16,915 bases of DNA from a virus (taxonomy: Duplodnaviria > Heunggongvirae > Uroviricota > Caudoviricetes), in the IMG/VR virus record IMGVR_UViG_2545824719_000009; one strand, given 5' to 3'. Below the pieces are notes generated by a model. The model made no database searches. It saw nothing but the letters and a program-made list of their open reading frames with translations, and was not told the DNA's origin. Of this stretch, positions 16,175-16,915 are shown piece by piece. Position 1 is the stretch's first letter. Each line of letters opens with the position of its first letter. A program made the position numbers and the translations under genes.

Positions 16175-16719
16175 AAACGGGGTCTGAAGCCATCCGGGCG
16201 CTGGCCATGCAGATCCCGGCGTTTCGTCAGAAACTGAGCGACGGCTGGTACCAGGTACGCATTGCCGGGCGTGATGCAGGTGAAACCGAATTGTCTGCCC
16301 GTCTTAATGAGCCGCTGGCAAATGGTGCCGTGATCCACATCGTGCCGCGTCTGGCGGGAGCTAAAAGTGGCGGTGTGTTTCAGGTGGTGCTGGGGGCGGC
16401 GCTGATTGCGGTGGCATGGTGGAACCCTGTGGGCTGGCTGGGTGCCGCGGCTGTATCGGGCATGTATGCGGCAGGGGCCAGTATGATCCTGGGCGGAGTG
16501 GCGCAGATGCTGGCACCGAAAGCCAGGACGCCCACGGCAGCAAGTACAGATAACGGCAAACAGAACACCTATTTCTCCTCACTGGATAACATGGTTGCCC
16601 AGGGCAATGTTCTGCCGGTTCTGTACGGTGAAATGCGCGTGGGGTCACGCGTGGTTTCTCAGGAAATCAGCACGGCAGACGAAGGGGATGGTGGGCAGGT
16701 TGTGGTGATTGGTCGCTGA
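16072..16719 (+). CDS. I: Tail tip assembly protein gpI
   Basis: The N-terminus MAATHTLPLASPGMARICLYGDLQRFGRRIDLRVKTG and C-terminus NGKQNTYFSSLDNMVAQGNVLPVLYGEMRVGSRVVSQEISTADEGDGGQVVVIGR match recalled lambda gpI. The central hydrophobic segment differs from lambda. Confidence 0.9.
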   Translation: MAATHTLPLASPGMARICLYGDLQRFGRRIDLRVKTGSEAIRALAMQIPAFRQKLSDGWYQVRIAGRDAGETELSARLNEPLANGAVIHIVPRLAGAKSGGVFQVVLGAALIAVAWWNPVGWLGAAAVSGMYAAGASMILGGVAQMLAPKARTPTAASTDNGKQNTYFSSLDNMVAQGNVLPVLYGEMRVGSRVVSQEISTADEGDGGQVVVIGR

Positions 16720-16737
16720 TACAAAATGTTTTATGTG

Positions 16738-16757
16738 AAACCGCCTCCGGGCGGTTT
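16738..16757. terminator. Stem-loop (possible terminator or attenuator) between I and J
   Basis: AAACCGCC-TCCG-GGCGGTTT is a perfect 8-bp stem with a 4-nt loop, followed by the T-rich TTATCGTTT. Confidence 0.4.
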
Positions 16758-16779
16758 TATCGTTTATGGAGCATGACGA

Positions 16780-16915
16780 ATGGGTAAAGGCAGCAGTAAG
16801 GGGCATACCCCGCGCGAAGCAAAGGACAACCTGAAGTCCACGCAGTTGCTGAGTGTGATCGATGCCATCAGCGAAGGGCCGGTTGAAGGTCCGGTGGATG
16901 GATTAAAAAGCGTGC
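16780..16915 (+). CDS. J: Tail tip / host-specificity protein gpJ, N-terminal 45 codons; 3-prime end lies outside the window
   Basis: MGKGSSKGHTPREAKDNLKSTQLLSVIDAISEGPVEGPVDGLKSV is near-identical to the recalled lambda gpJ N-terminus. GGAG lies 9 nt upstream. Confidence 0.9.
   Translation, partial: MGKGSSKGHTPREAKDNLKSTQLLSVIDAISEGPVEGPVDGLKSV

Noticed and set aside
1-16915. CRISPR arrays, insertion sequences, integrase or att sites, toxin-antitoxin or defence islands
   Set aside because: No direct-repeat/spacer periodicity, no transposase-like or recombinase-like ORF, and no gaps between structural genes large enough to hold such cargo. The only accessory-sized gene is the Rha-family ORF.

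Overview
This window is the late region of a lambda-like (lambdoid) siphovirus prophage of the enterobacterial type, with every supported gene on the + strand and tightly packed, often with overlapping stop/start codons. In order: the C-terminal end of an endolysin, nested spanin genes Rz/Rz1, a Rha-family regulatory gene in the accessory slot before cos, a lambda-like cos site (cosN/cosB), terminase small and large subunits, gpW, portal, a single ORF fusing a ClpP-like prohead protease to the major capsid protein, two small head proteins, then the lambda tail series Z, U, V, G/GT, H, M, L, K, I and the first 45 codons of J. I found no rRNA, tRNA, CRISPR array, transposase or recognisable defence or toxin system, so I do not think an undescribed system is supported here. 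The most notable observations are a frame break that splits the gpZ homolog, a variant slippery site for the G-T frameshift, and an apparent mosaic joint where the tail-tip genes become near-identical to lambda. All homology calls rest on reading the translations and on recalled lambda protein sequences; no database search was run.
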